This document shows, piece by piece, positions 50,330 to 60,195 of a stretch of DNA of 64,000 nt; within the stretch, counting starts at the first letter, position 1; every line of letters begins with the position of its first letter. The notes below the pieces were generated by a model that did not search any database, was not told where the DNA came from, and worked only from the letters and a program-made list of their open reading frames with translations. Origin of the DNA: an uncultured Halobacteriales archaeon. GTDB taxonomy: Archaea; Halobacteriota; Halobacteria; Halobacteriales; Haloarculaceae. Both the position numbers and the translations under genes were made by a program. The stretch is taken from NCBI GenBank assembly GCA_964426325.1, contig CAYRQD010000001.1, positions 82,193-146,192 of the forward strand. Direction: 5' to 3'.

Positions 50330-51046
50330 GTGTCTCACTCTGAGGACCCCGGCGACGGGGCCCGCCTGGCCGGCTGGGAGGGCGAGGTCGACCCGTCCGA
50401 GGGGCTGGGCTTTGTCGGTCGGGAGCTGCAGGTCCGGGGCCAGGCCGTCGGCGCATATGTCGTCGACCGGTCCGCGGTGCCAGAGGATTACCCGGCGACG
50501 ATCGACACGCCGCGGGCGCTCGCGATCCAGTTTCGCGTCGACGATCCCGACGAGACGGACGATCCCGAGCCGATCAGCGCCTACTTCGCCCGGCCGGCCG
50601 ACAGACTCGACGACCGGCTCGCGGCGCTACTCGAACTTCAGGGGCTCGACGAGCTCGCACAGCTCCACGGCGAGACCGCCCTGCTGGCCCTCGAGGGGGA
50701 GTACTACCTGCCGGCAACCCCAGAGCCCCACCGGGGAGACGCCCGGGGCGTGTACGGCATCGGGCTCGGGCTCGTCCCGTACGTGATCGTCGCCGGCGCG
50801 GGCATCTTCGGGATCGGACTCGGCGCGCTCGCCGGCTCGGCGGCGTTTTTCGCGGCGTGGGCGGTCGCGACCGTCGTCGTGTTGCCGGTCTCGACGTACC
50901 TCGACGCAGCACACCTCGCGACCGCGACCACCTGGACCGGCAGCCCGATGCGCTGGACGGTCGCGGCCGCGATCCCCGGCCTGAACCTGGTCGCGCTCGT
51001 CCTGTACCTCCTGCGGCGCCGCGGGGCCGAGCCGATCGTCGCCTGA
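50330..51046 (+). CDS. hypothetical membrane protein
   Basis: Acidic soluble N-domain plus three TM segments (STYLDA...W...IPGLNLVALVLYLLRR); start uncertain. Confidence 0.7.
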   Translation: MSHSEDPGDGARLAGWEGEVDPSEGLGFVGRELQVRGQAVGAYVVDRSAVPEDYPATIDTPRALAIQFRVDDPDETDDPEPISAYFARPADRLDDRLAALLELQGLDELAQLHGETALLALEGEYYLPATPEPHRGDARGVYGIGLGLVPYVIVAGAGIFGIGLGALAGSAAFFAAWAVATVVVLPVSTYLDAAHLATATTWTGSPMRWTVAAAIPGLNLVALVLYLLRRRGAEPIVA

Positions 51047-51095
51047 TCGCCCGCTCGCCTCGACGAGAATCCGGCTGTATCGGGCGTACAAGCGG

Positions 51096-51263
51096 TCACC
51101 GCTCGTAGGCCGCCTCGCAGGTGGGACTGCAGACGTGAACCGTCCGGACGCTGTCGTCCTCGATCCAGGTGATCACCCGGTGGCCCGGCCCGTCGATCGG
51201 GTCGCCACAGACCGCACACTCCCGCGTTTTCCCCTCGCCGACGTCCGACGTCGGATCGGTCAT
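51096..51263 (-). CDS. small metal-binding protein (TRASH-like, 55 aa)
   Basis: Hand translation MTDPTSDVGEGKTRECAVCGDPIDGPGHRVITWIEDDSVRTVHVCSPTCEAAYER; below the ORF-track cutoff. Confidence 0.75.
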   Translation of the reverse strand: MTDPTSDVGEGKTRECAVCGDPIDGPGHRVITWIEDDSVRTVHVCSPTCEAAYER

Positions 51264-51283
51264 GTCGGTCCAACCGGCGCCTC

Positions 51284-51700
51284 TCAGCGCCGGCTCCCCC
51301 CTCCTGCTCGAGAGCGCTCGGGTTCGGTCTCCATCCGTTCGATCGTCCGCTCGACGGCCTCCTCGTCGGCCGGGTCGACCGCCTCGGTCTCGAGCAGCGC
51401 CGCGAGCCGCCGTTCCAGCTCCGCCTCGTCGATCTCGCCGCGGGCGTACCGCCGACGGGCCGTCTCGAGGGGATCGCTTTCCTCACCGGTCGACTCTCCC
51501 TCGACCGTCCCTTCGATCGCCGCCCCGATTCCCCTCGCCGGGTTCGGGCCGGCTACGAGCGCAGAGGCCGGCACGAGCAACAGCCACCCGACGACGAAGA
51601 CGACGAGTGCCGCCGAGAGCCCGAGCTCGACCGTCGCGAGAACCCCTACCGGAAGGGTACCGACCGCGAGCAGCGGCGTCAGTCGGTTCCGTGGCGGCAT
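51284..51700 (-). CDS. SHOCT domain membrane protein
   Basis: Two TM segments, then DPLETARRRYARGEIDEAELERR. Confidence 0.85.
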   Translation of the reverse strand: MPPRNRLTPLLAVGTLPVGVLATVELGLSAALVVFVVGWLLLVPASALVAGPNPARGIGAAIEGTVEGESTGEESDPLETARRRYARGEIDEAELERRLAALLETEAVDPADEEAVERTIERMETEPERSRAGGGSRR

Positions 51701-51793
51701 GCGTACTCGACGAGTATCCCGGCTGAAATAAAAAATCCACCGCCGCCGGAGGATCGAAGGGCTTAATCGCCGAACTGTTGTTTTCCGACATGC

Positions 51794-51864
51794 GGGACCG
51801 TGGGGTAGCGGTATCCTCGGCGCATGGGGTGCGTCGGACCTGAGTTCGAATCTCGGCGGTCCCA
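51794..51864 (+). tRNA. tRNA-Pro (anticodon GGG)
   Basis: GGGACCG...GGGTAGCGGTATCC...GGCGC ATGGGGT GCGTC...GAGTTCGAATCTC...CGGTCCCA cloverleaf. Confidence 0.93.
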
Positions 51865-51949
51865 TTGGTTGCGACAGATTCTGGCGCCGATCGGCCAGGG
51901 AATCCGATCATCGGGACACAGACGGTCGTCGTCCGTTCGCGACGGCTTG

Positions 51950-53134
51950 TCACACCGCGTTTCCGCCGGTCTCGCCCCGAGACCACTCGAGTGGCAGGGC
52001 CCGCTCCAGCCGGTCGAGACCCTCCTCGAGCCGGTCCATCGAGTTGGCAAAGGACAGCCGGACCCGGCCGCCGGCGCGCTCGCTGAAGGCGGTGCCGGGG
52101 GCGAGCGCCACCCCGGCCTCGTCGAGCAGCCGGCTCGCGAGCGCGAGCCCGTCTTCGGGGGCTTCGACGTCCAGAAAGGCGTAGAAGGCTCCCTGTGGAC
52201 GGGGGGCGGAGACGCCCTCGATTTCGGCCAGGCGGTCGACGAGATACGACCGCCGGCGTTCGAAGGCCTCGTACATCTCCTCTTCGGGTTCGCGAGGTCC
52301 GGTGAGCGCGGCGACGGCCGCGTGCTGGGCGGGAGCGGCCGGACAGCTCGTGGTCGCCTCCCGGACAGCAGTGGCGGTCTCGACGACCGACGGGGCGGCC
52401 GCGAGCCAGCCCAGCCGCCAGCCGGTCATGGCGTGGCTCTTCGAGACCGACCCGATCGTGACGACGTGCTCGGGCATGCCCGTCATCGCCCCGATCGCCC
52501 GGGGCTCGCGGTCGAAGGTCAGCGCCGCGTAGACCTCGTCGGCGATCACGTACGCGTCGTGTGCGGCCGCGGCCTCGACGACCCGCCGGATCGGCCCGGG
52601 ATCGTACACGCGACCGGTCGGGTTCGACGGCGTCGTGAGCACGACCGCCGCCGTGTCCGGGCCCATCGCCGCAATCACCCGGTCGGCATCCAAGTCGTAG
52701 GGCGGTGGCATCGGCACCCGCCGGATCGACCCACCGGCCAGGGCGGCGTGGATCGCGTAGTTGGGCCAGGCCGGCGTCGGCACGAGCACCTCCTCGCCGG
52801 GATCGACGACCGCCAAGTCGACGACGTGCAGCGCCTCCATTCCACCCGTGGTGACAACGATCTCCTCGGGGCCGTGTGACAGGCCGTACTCGCCGAGCCG
52901 GTCGGCGATCGCCTCCCGCAGCGGCCCGATCCCGACGCTCTCGGTGTAATCGGTCGCGCCCCCGCGTGCGGCCTCGAAGGCCGCCTCTGTCGCGTGGGCC
53001 GGCGTGTCAAAGTCCGGCTCGCCGACCTCCAGCCGGACCGGGTCCTGGCCGTTGCGCTCGGCCTCGACCGCCAGGTCGAACATCACCCGAATCTCCGAGC
53101 GCTCGAACGCCTCAGTGCGGGCTGCAAACTCCAT
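51950..53134 (-). CDS. PLP-dependent aminotransferase class I/II
   Basis: GEPDFDTP, PSNPTG, ADEVY, SVSKSHAMTGWRLG. Confidence 0.93.
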   Translation of the reverse strand: MEFAARTEAFERSEIRVMFDLAVEAERNGQDPVRLEVGEPDFDTPAHATEAAFEAARGGATDYTESVGIGPLREAIADRLGEYGLSHGPEEIVVTTGGMEALHVVDLAVVDPGEEVLVPTPAWPNYAIHAALAGGSIRRVPMPPPYDLDADRVIAAMGPDTAAVVLTTPSNPTGRVYDPGPIRRVVEAAAAHDAYVIADEVYAALTFDREPRAIGAMTGMPEHVVTIGSVSKSHAMTGWRLGWLAAAPSVVETATAVREATTSCPAAPAQHAAVAALTGPREPEEEMYEAFERRRSYLVDRLAEIEGVSAPRPQGAFYAFLDVEAPEDGLALASRLLDEAGVALAPGTAFSERAGGRVRLSFANSMDRLEEGLDRLERALPLEWSRGETGGNAV

Positions 53135-53225
53135 GCCCGCATCTTACGCCCCGCGGATAAATACCCGCCGACGGTCGTCTCGCCGGGTCGGTGTCCAGAC
53201 CACCTGCGGCTCGCGGCGAGGGCGG

Positions 53226-53375
53226 TTACAGCTCGTAGCGGGCGATCTCGGCGGCGTCGCAGGCGGGACAGCGGTCGGCCTCGGGGTCGACGGTGGTGCC
53301 ACAGCGGCGACACTCACAGAGGACCTCCGAGGAGCGCCCGAGCGCACGCTGGAGCTCGGCGACGATGGCGCTCAT
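53226..53375 (-). CDS. small CPxCG-related zinc-finger protein (49 aa)
   Basis: ECRRCGTTV...RCPACD...IARYEL; ATGA overlap with the upstream ORF. Confidence 0.75.
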   Translation of the reverse strand: MSAIVAELQRALGRSSEVLCECRRCGTTVDPEADRCPACDAAEIARYEL

Positions 53376-53524
53376 ACCGGATCGACGACGGCGTGACAGC
53401 CCGGACACTCCGTCCAGACCGCCTCGCCGTCGCCCGTCGTGTACTCGATCAGAACGTTTCGGGGCTCGATGACCGCGTCACAGCGCGGACAGGCGCCCAG
53501 TGGCGTCGGGTCTCGTGTTGCCAT
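53372..53524 (-). CDS. small CPxC zinc-finger protein (50 aa)
   Basis: Hand translation MATRDPTPLGACPRCDAVIEPRNVLIEYTTGDGEAVWTECPGCHAVVDPV; not in the ORF track. Confidence 0.75.
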   Translation of the reverse strand: MATRDPTPLGACPRCDAVIEPRNVLIEYTTGDGEAVWTECPGCHAVVDPV

Positions 53525-53754
53525 GATCTGTGTTCAGGGGAGAGCGTGTGACAGTCGAGGGTCGAGAGGTTCGGCCCTCGGTCAATGGCAAGTAGGACTG
53601 GAATAAATAGGTTCGTCAACCGTCCCGGAAGTAAAACCGCCGGCCGGCAGCGGTCCCGGCCGGGTCGTCTGTCGACCGTCAGACGTTCGCTGTCGCGTCC
53701 GTTCAGCAACCGTCCGATCGAAAGCGTCGAGAGGTTGAGTGTCATAACTTTGCC

Positions 53755-53979
53755 GTGCTCGCTGCAATCGTCCCGCTGCTGACGGCGGTCGTCGCCTTCG
53801 CCTACCTGTTTTACTGGGTGTTTCGGGACGCCCCCACACACGGACTCGACCCGTACAAGTGGGCGCTGGTCGGGGTCGCTCTCCCGCCGGTCGGACTGTT
53901 CGTCTACCTCCGTCGTCGTGCCGAGGCCAGCGACGAGCTCGAAGACGGCGACCTGTTTGGCTTCTCGCGGCACCGGTAA
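53755..53979 (+). CDS. small membrane protein (PLDc N-terminal-like)
   Basis: YWVFRDA...G...KWALV...PPVGLFVYLRRR; GTG start. Confidence 0.65.
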   Translation: MLAAIVPLLTAVVAFAYLFYWVFRDAPTHGLDPYKWALVGVALPPVGLFVYLRRRAEASDELEDGDLFGFSRHR

Positions 53980-54103
53980 TAAGCTACGAACGGCTCGGAG
54001 CTTCCGGCTCGTGTCGCCGTTGTGGATGTCAGTCTCGGCACGTATCGGATGCTACGAGTGCCGGCGCGCACCCGTTCGATCGACTACACCGACTCCGAAC
54101 CGT

Positions 54104-54733
54104 TCAGGCGATGTCGCGGCTGGTGTCGACGGAGACCTCGGTCGCGAGGTCGAGTTTGATCGTGTTCGTCGGCGCGCGCCCGCCTCTGAACTTCGGGATC
54201 GCGAGCCGGTTCTCGACCTCGTCGCCGGTCGCGTCGGTTTGCAGCCGGAAGATCACGTCCGCGAAGTGCTCGGTGGTGTCTCGCAACGGCGGGACCGACC
54301 GCCCGTTGAGGCAGTGAAACACCGCCAGCCCGTTAGTGTTGACCACGTGATTTTGCAGGTCGTTCATGAAACTGCGGTATCGCGAGGGCGGCTCCTGGGC
54401 CTCGAGAACGTCCACCGGGTCGATGATGAGGTTCGACCCCTCTGGGAGGGCGCTGATGAGCTTGCTCGCGTTGTCCAGCGGCGCCTCGCCGGTGATGTGT
54501 CTGATCGTCGGATCCCCGGTCGACGCCGGCGTCGCTTCGACCGATCCGCGGACGGCCTCGGCGGTCCGGTTCAGCGACAGCCACAGCGTTCCCCGCGTCG
54601 CGGTCAGCTCGTAGAGAAACAGCTCGGCCTGGCTCGCCGGCGGGGCCGACAGCCCGACGAGACTGCCCGTCGGGAGCCCTCCGCCGAGCTTCCGGTCGAG
54701 CACGTCGATCCCCGTCTTGAGCCGATCGGTCAT
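54104..54733 (-). CDS. RecA/KaiC (RAD55)-like protein with degenerate Walker A
   Basis: RLKTGIDVLDRKLGGGLPTGSLV, LIIDPVD, ADVIF, RLAIPKFRG. Confidence 0.85.
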   Translation of the reverse strand: MTDRLKTGIDVLDRKLGGGLPTGSLVGLSAPPASQAELFLYELTATRGTLWLSLNRTAEAVRGSVEATPASTGDPTIRHITGEAPLDNASKLISALPEGSNLIIDPVDVLEAQEPPSRYRSFMNDLQNHVVNTNGLAVFHCLNGRSVPPLRDTTEHFADVIFRLQTDATGDEVENRLAIPKFRGGRAPTNTIKLDLATEVSVDTSRDIA

Positions 54734-54818
54734 CACCCATCTTTGACCGCGATTGTGGTTAAGCATTCTGCCGGCCGGGAACGGACGACATTTACGCCGG
54801 GCTCGCGAATACCGTGTA

Positions 54819-55373
54819 ATGACACGGATCGACGTGATCGACAACCACGGCCAGTTCACCCACCTCGAACGCCGGGCGCTGTCCGAGATCGGGGTCGAGA
54901 CCGAGATCCTCCCGAACGACACCCCGCCCGCGGAGATCGACGCCGACGGGCTCGTCCTCTCGGGGGGTCCCGACATCGATCGGACCGGCAACGCCGCCGA
55001 CTACGTCGACCTCGACGTTCCGGTGCTCGGGATCTGTCTGGGCATGCAGCTGATCGCCCGCGAGCTCGGCGGAACCGTCGGCCCCGGCGAGTACGGCGGC
55101 TACGCCGACGTGACCGTCGAGATCACCGATGCCGACGATCCCCTGGTCGGCTCGCTCGCCCCAGACACCCGCGTGTGGGCAAGCCACGCCGACGAGGTGA
55201 CGACGGTTCCAAAGGGGTTCGGTCGGACCGCCCGCAGCGACATCTGCTCGGTCGAGGCGATGAGCGACCCCGACCGGGGCCTGTACGGCGTCCAGTGGCA
55301 CCCCGAGGTCGCACACACCGAACAGGGACGGGCGGTCTTCGAGAACTTCCGGGCGATCTGTCGCCCGGAGTGA
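54819..55373 (+). CDS. guaAa: GMP synthase subunit A (glutamine amidotransferase)
   Basis: IDNHGQFTH, LSGGP, LGICLGMQ, SHADEV, VQWHPEV. Confidence 0.93.
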   Translation: MTRIDVIDNHGQFTHLERRALSEIGVETEILPNDTPPAEIDADGLVLSGGPDIDRTGNAADYVDLDVPVLGICLGMQLIARELGGTVGPGEYGGYADVTVEITDADDPLVGSLAPDTRVWASHADEVTTVPKGFGRTARSDICSVEAMSDPDRGLYGVQWHPEVAHTEQGRAVFENFRAICRPE

Positions 55374-55445
55374 CGGCCCCGCTCCCGTCTCCTCTCGGTG
55401 GACAGACAGACACGTTTAAACTAACGCGGAAACCCTGATGTACCA

Positions 55446-57320
55446 ATGACGACGACGCGGGCGAATCTCGCCGGGCTCTCTCGGTATATCCTCCGCGCGC
55501 CGCGGTGGTACTCGAGCCTGGCGTTTGCGCTCGTGTTGGCCGCGATCACTGGCATCGCGGCGTTTGACTCCTCGTACCCGCTCGGTGACGCCTCCCGCGG
55601 CGTCTTTTATATTGGCGTCCCGACCGTGTTCGCGGCGCTGTCGACGGCGACGGTCGACCGGTGGGTCGGCGGGCGGCTCACCCAAGACCAGGCATCGTTA
55701 CTGGCGTTGGTCTCGGAGCTGGTCGTGATCGTCGTCCTGCTGTTTGCCGCGCTCCCGACGTTGGTCGCGGGAGTGCCTCAGCAGTTCGTCTTCGACGGCC
55801 TGTTGATCGCGCTGGCGGCGATTTTCGCGCTCCGGCTTTTCGTCATCGCGACCGTCTCCCGGCAGTCGCTCCCCCGGGCGGTCGTTCCGGCCAGCCTCCA
55901 GACCGTCGCCGCGGCCGTGTTACTGTTCGTCTACAGCGGGACGCTGTACTCCCTGCGGGTCAGCGGGCCCCTGCTCGAGACGTACTTCGCTCGCCCGAGC
56001 GAAGCCCCGCCGGAGCTCCAGCAGAGCGTGGTCCCGTTCGATTTCGTCCTGCTTGGGGTGGTCTGTCTGATTCACATCGGCGCCGTCTGGGCGTTTATTG
56101 CCGCGATCGACCGGCCCTGGCAGTCGAGTCTCGGCGTCTCGGTGGTCAACTTCGTCGGCGGCTTCATCGGGCACATCACGACCGGCTCGCACGAACTCGA
56201 GGCCTTCTTCGAGGAGATCGGCGAGGAGGCGATGGTGCCGGTGACGGTCCTCTCATTTCGCCGGCCCGGCGGCGACGAGAAAGCCCGGTTCGTGCTCCCG
56301 ATGGTCCACCCGGGACCGATGGGCGACATCGGCGGCGGGAACCTGCCGGCCCACATCGCCGACCGTACCGAGGGACTGGCCTTTGTTCCCCACGCCACCG
56401 CGAGTCACGACTTTAATCTCGTCACCGACCGCGAGATCGGCACGATCCACGAGGCCGTCGAGCGGGCCTACGAGGACATCGAGTACTCGACGGCCGGCAC
56501 CGCGAGCTGCCGGGTTCGGGAGGGCGACGCCACCCTGACCGGCCACCGGTTCGGCAACGATGCGCTCATGATCGCCAGCTTCTGGCCCGAGTACGCCGAC
56601 GACATCGAGTACGCCGTCGGACTCTCGGCGGTCTCGGAGGCCCACGCGGCCGGGCTCGACGAGGTGTTGCTCGCCGACGCGCACAACTGCAACGACGGCC
56701 TCGCCGGGTCCGACACCGGTCACGTCGTCCCCGGGAGCGAACGCTCATTCGACCTGATCCGGGGGGCCAGGCAGCTCGGCGAGCGCCTCGACGCGACCGA
56801 GCAACACCCGCTCCGGCTCGGGACCGCCTGGGACGAGACCGACTGGGACGTCAGCGACGGGATCGGGCCGCTCGGCGTTCGGGTGGCCGTGCTCGAGGCC
56901 GGCTCGGAGCTCACCGCCTACGTGCTCGTCGACGGCAACAACATGGCCCCGGGGCTCCGCGAGCGGGTCGTCCAGTCGATCGACGGCGTCGACACTATCG
57001 AGGTGTTGACCACTGACACCCACGTCACCAACACCGTCGACGCCGACACCCGCGTGGGCAGACAGATCGCCCACGAGGAGTTCGTCGGGGTCGTCGACTC
57101 GCTGATCGACCGGGCGCGGGCGGATCTCGAGCCCGTCGAGGCCGGCATGGAGAGCGAGCTCGTCGAGGTCACCGTCTTCGGCAACGACCGCACCGAGACG
57201 CTCGCGAGCCACGCCAACGCCATGCTACCGATGGCGACGGCGCTCGCGACCGCCTTCGTCTTCGCCGTCCTCTCGGTGTCGGCGCTCATCTTCTTGCTCG
57301 CGTCGAACGCCGGGCTCTGA
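55446..57320 (+). CDS. DUF2070 family membrane protein
   Basis: Multi-TM N-half; VHPGPMGDIGGGNLP, HATASHDFN, DAHNC, DGNNM, TTDTH. Confidence 0.85.
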   Translation: MTTTRANLAGLSRYILRAPRWYSSLAFALVLAAITGIAAFDSSYPLGDASRGVFYIGVPTVFAALSTATVDRWVGGRLTQDQASLLALVSELVVIVVLLFAALPTLVAGVPQQFVFDGLLIALAAIFALRLFVIATVSRQSLPRAVVPASLQTVAAAVLLFVYSGTLYSLRVSGPLLETYFARPSEAPPELQQSVVPFDFVLLGVVCLIHIGAVWAFIAAIDRPWQSSLGVSVVNFVGGFIGHITTGSHELEAFFEEIGEEAMVPVTVLSFRRPGGDEKARFVLPMVHPGPMGDIGGGNLPAHIADRTEGLAFVPHATASHDFNLVTDREIGTIHEAVERAYEDIEYSTAGTASCRVREGDATLTGHRFGNDALMIASFWPEYADDIEYAVGLSAVSEAHAAGLDEVLLADAHNCNDGLAGSDTGHVVPGSERSFDLIRGARQLGERLDATEQHPLRLGTAWDETDWDVSDGIGPLGVRVAVLEAGSELTAYVLVDGNNMAPGLRERVVQSIDGVDTIEVLTTDTHVTNTVDADTRVGRQIAHEEFVGVVDSLIDRARADLEPVEAGMESELVEVTVFGNDRTETLASHANAMLPMATALATAFVFAVLSVSALIFLLASNAGL

Positions 57321-57369
57321 GCCGGTCGGCCCGTCGGGCTCGTCGGCGTTGTGAGTCTCCGCCCCGCGA

Positions 57370-58284
57370 TCACTCGACGGCTGTGTCGAACGGATCGGAG
57401 AGAGACGCCTTGGGGATCGCGTTCCGGACGGTCACGAGCGGGTCGACCACCTGGCTGATCTGCAGGTCGGCGACGAGACTCGCGAACATGTACGCCTCCG
57501 TGCGGGAGTCGCCGTGCTCGGCGGCGAGCAGGTCGACCGCGTCGCCGTGGGCGAGCTCGGCGGCCGCCTCGAGGCTATCCGCGCTCGCGATCGTCTTCCA
57601 GGCGTCCTCGGTCTCGACCACGGGTCGCCGGTGTCTGCCGGCCGGCTCGATCACCGAGACCGTCGCGTCGATCTCGGTCGCGATCTCGGCACCGGTGCCG
57701 CACATTTCCCCGTCGGCCATCGCGGCCTTGCAGTCGCCCATCGCGAGCAGCCCGCCGGCCTGGAACACGGGGAAGTACACCGTTGCCCCGGCCGTGATGT
57801 CGGTCGTGTCGAGGTTGCCGCCGTGGTCGTGGGGCACGAGCGTCGAGTACGACTCCGACTCGGGAGCCACGCCGATCGTCCCGATCACCGGCGCGAACGG
57901 CACCGATCGCCCGTCGAACGTTACTGACCCGTCCTCGACCGGGGTCATCCGCGAGGCCGCTTCGATTCCCGGCTCGCCGTCGAGCAGGCCGAACCCGTCG
58001 ATGGTCACGACCCGGCCCGCCGGCTCGGCCGGCCGGATCGCCTCGATCTCGACGGCGAGGATGTCACCCGGCTGCGCGCCCTCGACGGCGATCGGCCCCG
58101 TCGCGGCGTTTACCTCCTCGGGGACGGCGTCGATCACGTCCGCGTCGGACTGAACCGCGCCGTCGAGGCTGTCGCGTGTCTCGATCGTGAGCTTCGCCCC
58201 GTCCTCGACGGTCGTGATCGGTTCCATCTCGGGGCCGAACTCGTAGATCGCCCCCTGTTCGTGGCTGACGCGCTGGCGTGCCAT
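57370..58284 (-). CDS. acetamidase/formamidase family protein
   Basis: NAATGPIAVEGAQPGD, HGGNLD, VYFPV, DGEMCGTGAE, QVVDP. Confidence 0.88.
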   Translation of the reverse strand: MARQRVSHEQGAIYEFGPEMEPITTVEDGAKLTIETRDSLDGAVQSDADVIDAVPEEVNAATGPIAVEGAQPGDILAVEIEAIRPAEPAGRVVTIDGFGLLDGEPGIEAASRMTPVEDGSVTFDGRSVPFAPVIGTIGVAPESESYSTLVPHDHGGNLDTTDITAGATVYFPVFQAGGLLAMGDCKAAMADGEMCGTGAEIATEIDATVSVIEPAGRHRRPVVETEDAWKTIASADSLEAAAELAHGDAVDLLAAEHGDSRTEAYMFASLVADLQISQVVDPLVTVRNAIPKASLSDPFDTAVE

Positions 58285-58373
58285 GCCCGCACATCGAACG
58301 CCCGAGACAAAAGCCCCGCCCGGCGCCCGACCGGGAACTGTTATGTCGGCGCCGTCGCAACCACACCCATCCG

Positions 58374-59342
58374 ATGGCCGAGTCAGCCTCGCCGCGGGTC
58401 GTCAGCCTGGGAAGTATCAACGTCGACCGAGTCTACCGGCTCGACCGCCCCGGTCTCGAGGCGCTGACCGAGCGACCCTGGTTCCCCGAGCGCGGCGCGA
58501 CGGTCGCCGTCGGGTCCCCGCCCGAGGTGGGACTGGATCCCGACGCCTTCCACCACGGCGGCAAGGGGGCCAACCAAGCGACGGCCGCGGCCGCCGCCGG
58601 CGCCCCGACCGCGATGCTCGGTCTCGTCGGCCCGGACCACGAGGAGTACGGCGTCGTCTCCCGGCTCGCGGCCGACGGTGTCGGGGTCACGGGAATCGAG
58701 ACGGTCTCGGCGCCGACCGGCACCGCGGACGTGTTCGTCGGTCCCGACGGGGACACCCGGATTCTGGTCTGTCCCGGCGCCAACGACGCGGTCGGCACGG
58801 AGTACGTCGGAGCCCGCTACGAGACGATCGCCGGCGCCGACTGTCTCCTGTTGCAAAACGAGATCCCGGTCGAGCCGGTCGCGACGCTGCTCGAGCGACT
58901 CGGAGACGAGCGGGCGCCGCCGACGGTCGTGCTCGATCCCGGCCCGCCCGAGGGGGTCGAGCGGCTGCTCGCGACCGGCGCCGTCGACTATTTCACCCCG
59001 AACGAGCGGGAGGCGGCGGCGCTCGGAGACCTTTCGGGGTTTCGCGGAACGAGTATCGAGACTCACGGCTCCGGGCCGGTCTTGGTCGAGGGTCGCGACG
59101 GGCGGCTCGTCGTCTCCCCGCCCTCGGTCGATCCCGTCGACGCGACCGGCGCCGGAGACGTGCTGAACGGCTACCTCGCGGCCGGACTCGCGGCCGGGGA
59201 CTCGCTCCGGGAGGCGCTCGTCCGGGCGGTCGCCGCGGCGAGTCGGTCGACGCTGGTCGCCGGCGCGCGCGCGAGCGTCCCCGACCGACGGACGGTCGAG
59301 CGGTTCCGCACGGAGCGGGGCCCGTCGGTCGAGGTCGAGTGA
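58374..59342 (+). CDS. PfkB family carbohydrate kinase (ribokinase-like)
   Basis: GSINVD, GGKGANQA, LLQNE, PNERE, DATGAGD. Confidence 0.9.
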   Translation: MAESASPRVVSLGSINVDRVYRLDRPGLEALTERPWFPERGATVAVGSPPEVGLDPDAFHHGGKGANQATAAAAAGAPTAMLGLVGPDHEEYGVVSRLAADGVGVTGIETVSAPTGTADVFVGPDGDTRILVCPGANDAVGTEYVGARYETIAGADCLLLQNEIPVEPVATLLERLGDERAPPTVVLDPGPPEGVERLLATGAVDYFTPNEREAAALGDLSGFRGTSIETHGSGPVLVEGRDGRLVVSPPSVDPVDATGAGDVLNGYLAAGLAAGDSLREALVRAVAAASRSTLVAGARASVPDRRTVERFRTERGPSVEVE

Positions 59343-59344
59343 AC

Positions 59345-60073
59345 TCAGTCCTCGGCGATCTTGCCGCCGACGAAGCCCCCGACCGCGCCGAGTATTCCCG
59401 TGACGGCGGCGCCGAACACCACCGCGAACGCGATCGTCGCCGCGACCACGCCGGCTTCGCCGCCCTCACCGATCTCCTGGAGACCCTGGACCAGTCCGAC
59501 CAGGACGAACGCGAGCAGTACGAACACGGGCACGACGATTAGGAGTCCCGAGGCGCCCCCGGCCGTCGTCGGCCGCCCGGCGTTTTTCTGCTCGAAGTAG
59601 CCCGAGGCGGCCCCGCCGAGCGCGGTCGCGAGCGGCACGAACGAGAGCACGGCCCCGAGGACTGCTCCGAGCAGGGCGTGCGTGCCGAACGATTCGAGGC
59701 GCTCGTCCGGCCGGCGTCGCGCCCGCGCCCGGCGCCTGTATGCGACGTACCCGACCGCGACGACGAGTAACCCGCCGCCGACGACGAACAGCCCGAGTTC
59801 GACCCACCCCAGCAGCGTCTCCGCGAGATCGGTCGCCTCGGCGGTGGTCAGCTCCCGGCTCCCGACGGTCGCGGTTACGTCCTCCTCCCTGAGCACCTCG
59901 GCGATCGACTCCCGGTCGGCGACGCTCCTGATCACTGCCCCCCCGGCGATCGCGAGCAGCCCGGCCAGCGCGACCGCCGCTCCGAGCACCCAGTCGACGA
60001 TCTCGGGCAGTCCCTCGCCGGACTTCTCGGCTCGGTCGTCCCCCGACGCCGTCGCGAACTCGTCCGTTGACAT
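59345..60073 (-). CDS. membrane protein (DUF5518-like C-terminus)
   Basis: About six TM segments; ALLGAVLGAVLSFVP...LGGAASGY...LGAVGGFVG. Confidence 0.72.
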   Translation of the reverse strand: MSTDEFATASGDDRAEKSGEGLPEIVDWVLGAAVALAGLLAIAGGAVIRSVADRESIAEVLREEDVTATVGSRELTTAEATDLAETLLGWVELGLFVVGGGLLVVAVGYVAYRRRARARRRPDERLESFGTHALLGAVLGAVLSFVPLATALGGAASGYFEQKNAGRPTTAGGASGLLIVVPVFVLLAFVLVGLVQGLQEIGEGGEAGVVAATIAFAVVFGAAVTGILGAVGGFVGGKIAED

Positions 60074-60195
60074 ACACGAGCGTACTCAACACCGAGATAA
60101 GAAGCTTCTCCGCAGGTGCTCGCCGTGGGACGTCGTCTCTCTGCCAGCACCGAGCAGCGTCGCGCTCCGCGTGGATCCGACAGCCCCCGGATCGG

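Noticed and set aside
51794..51864. A32/U38 anticodon loop and absent CCA in tRNA-Pro
   Set aside because: Both are ordinary for haloarchaeal tRNA genes as far as I know
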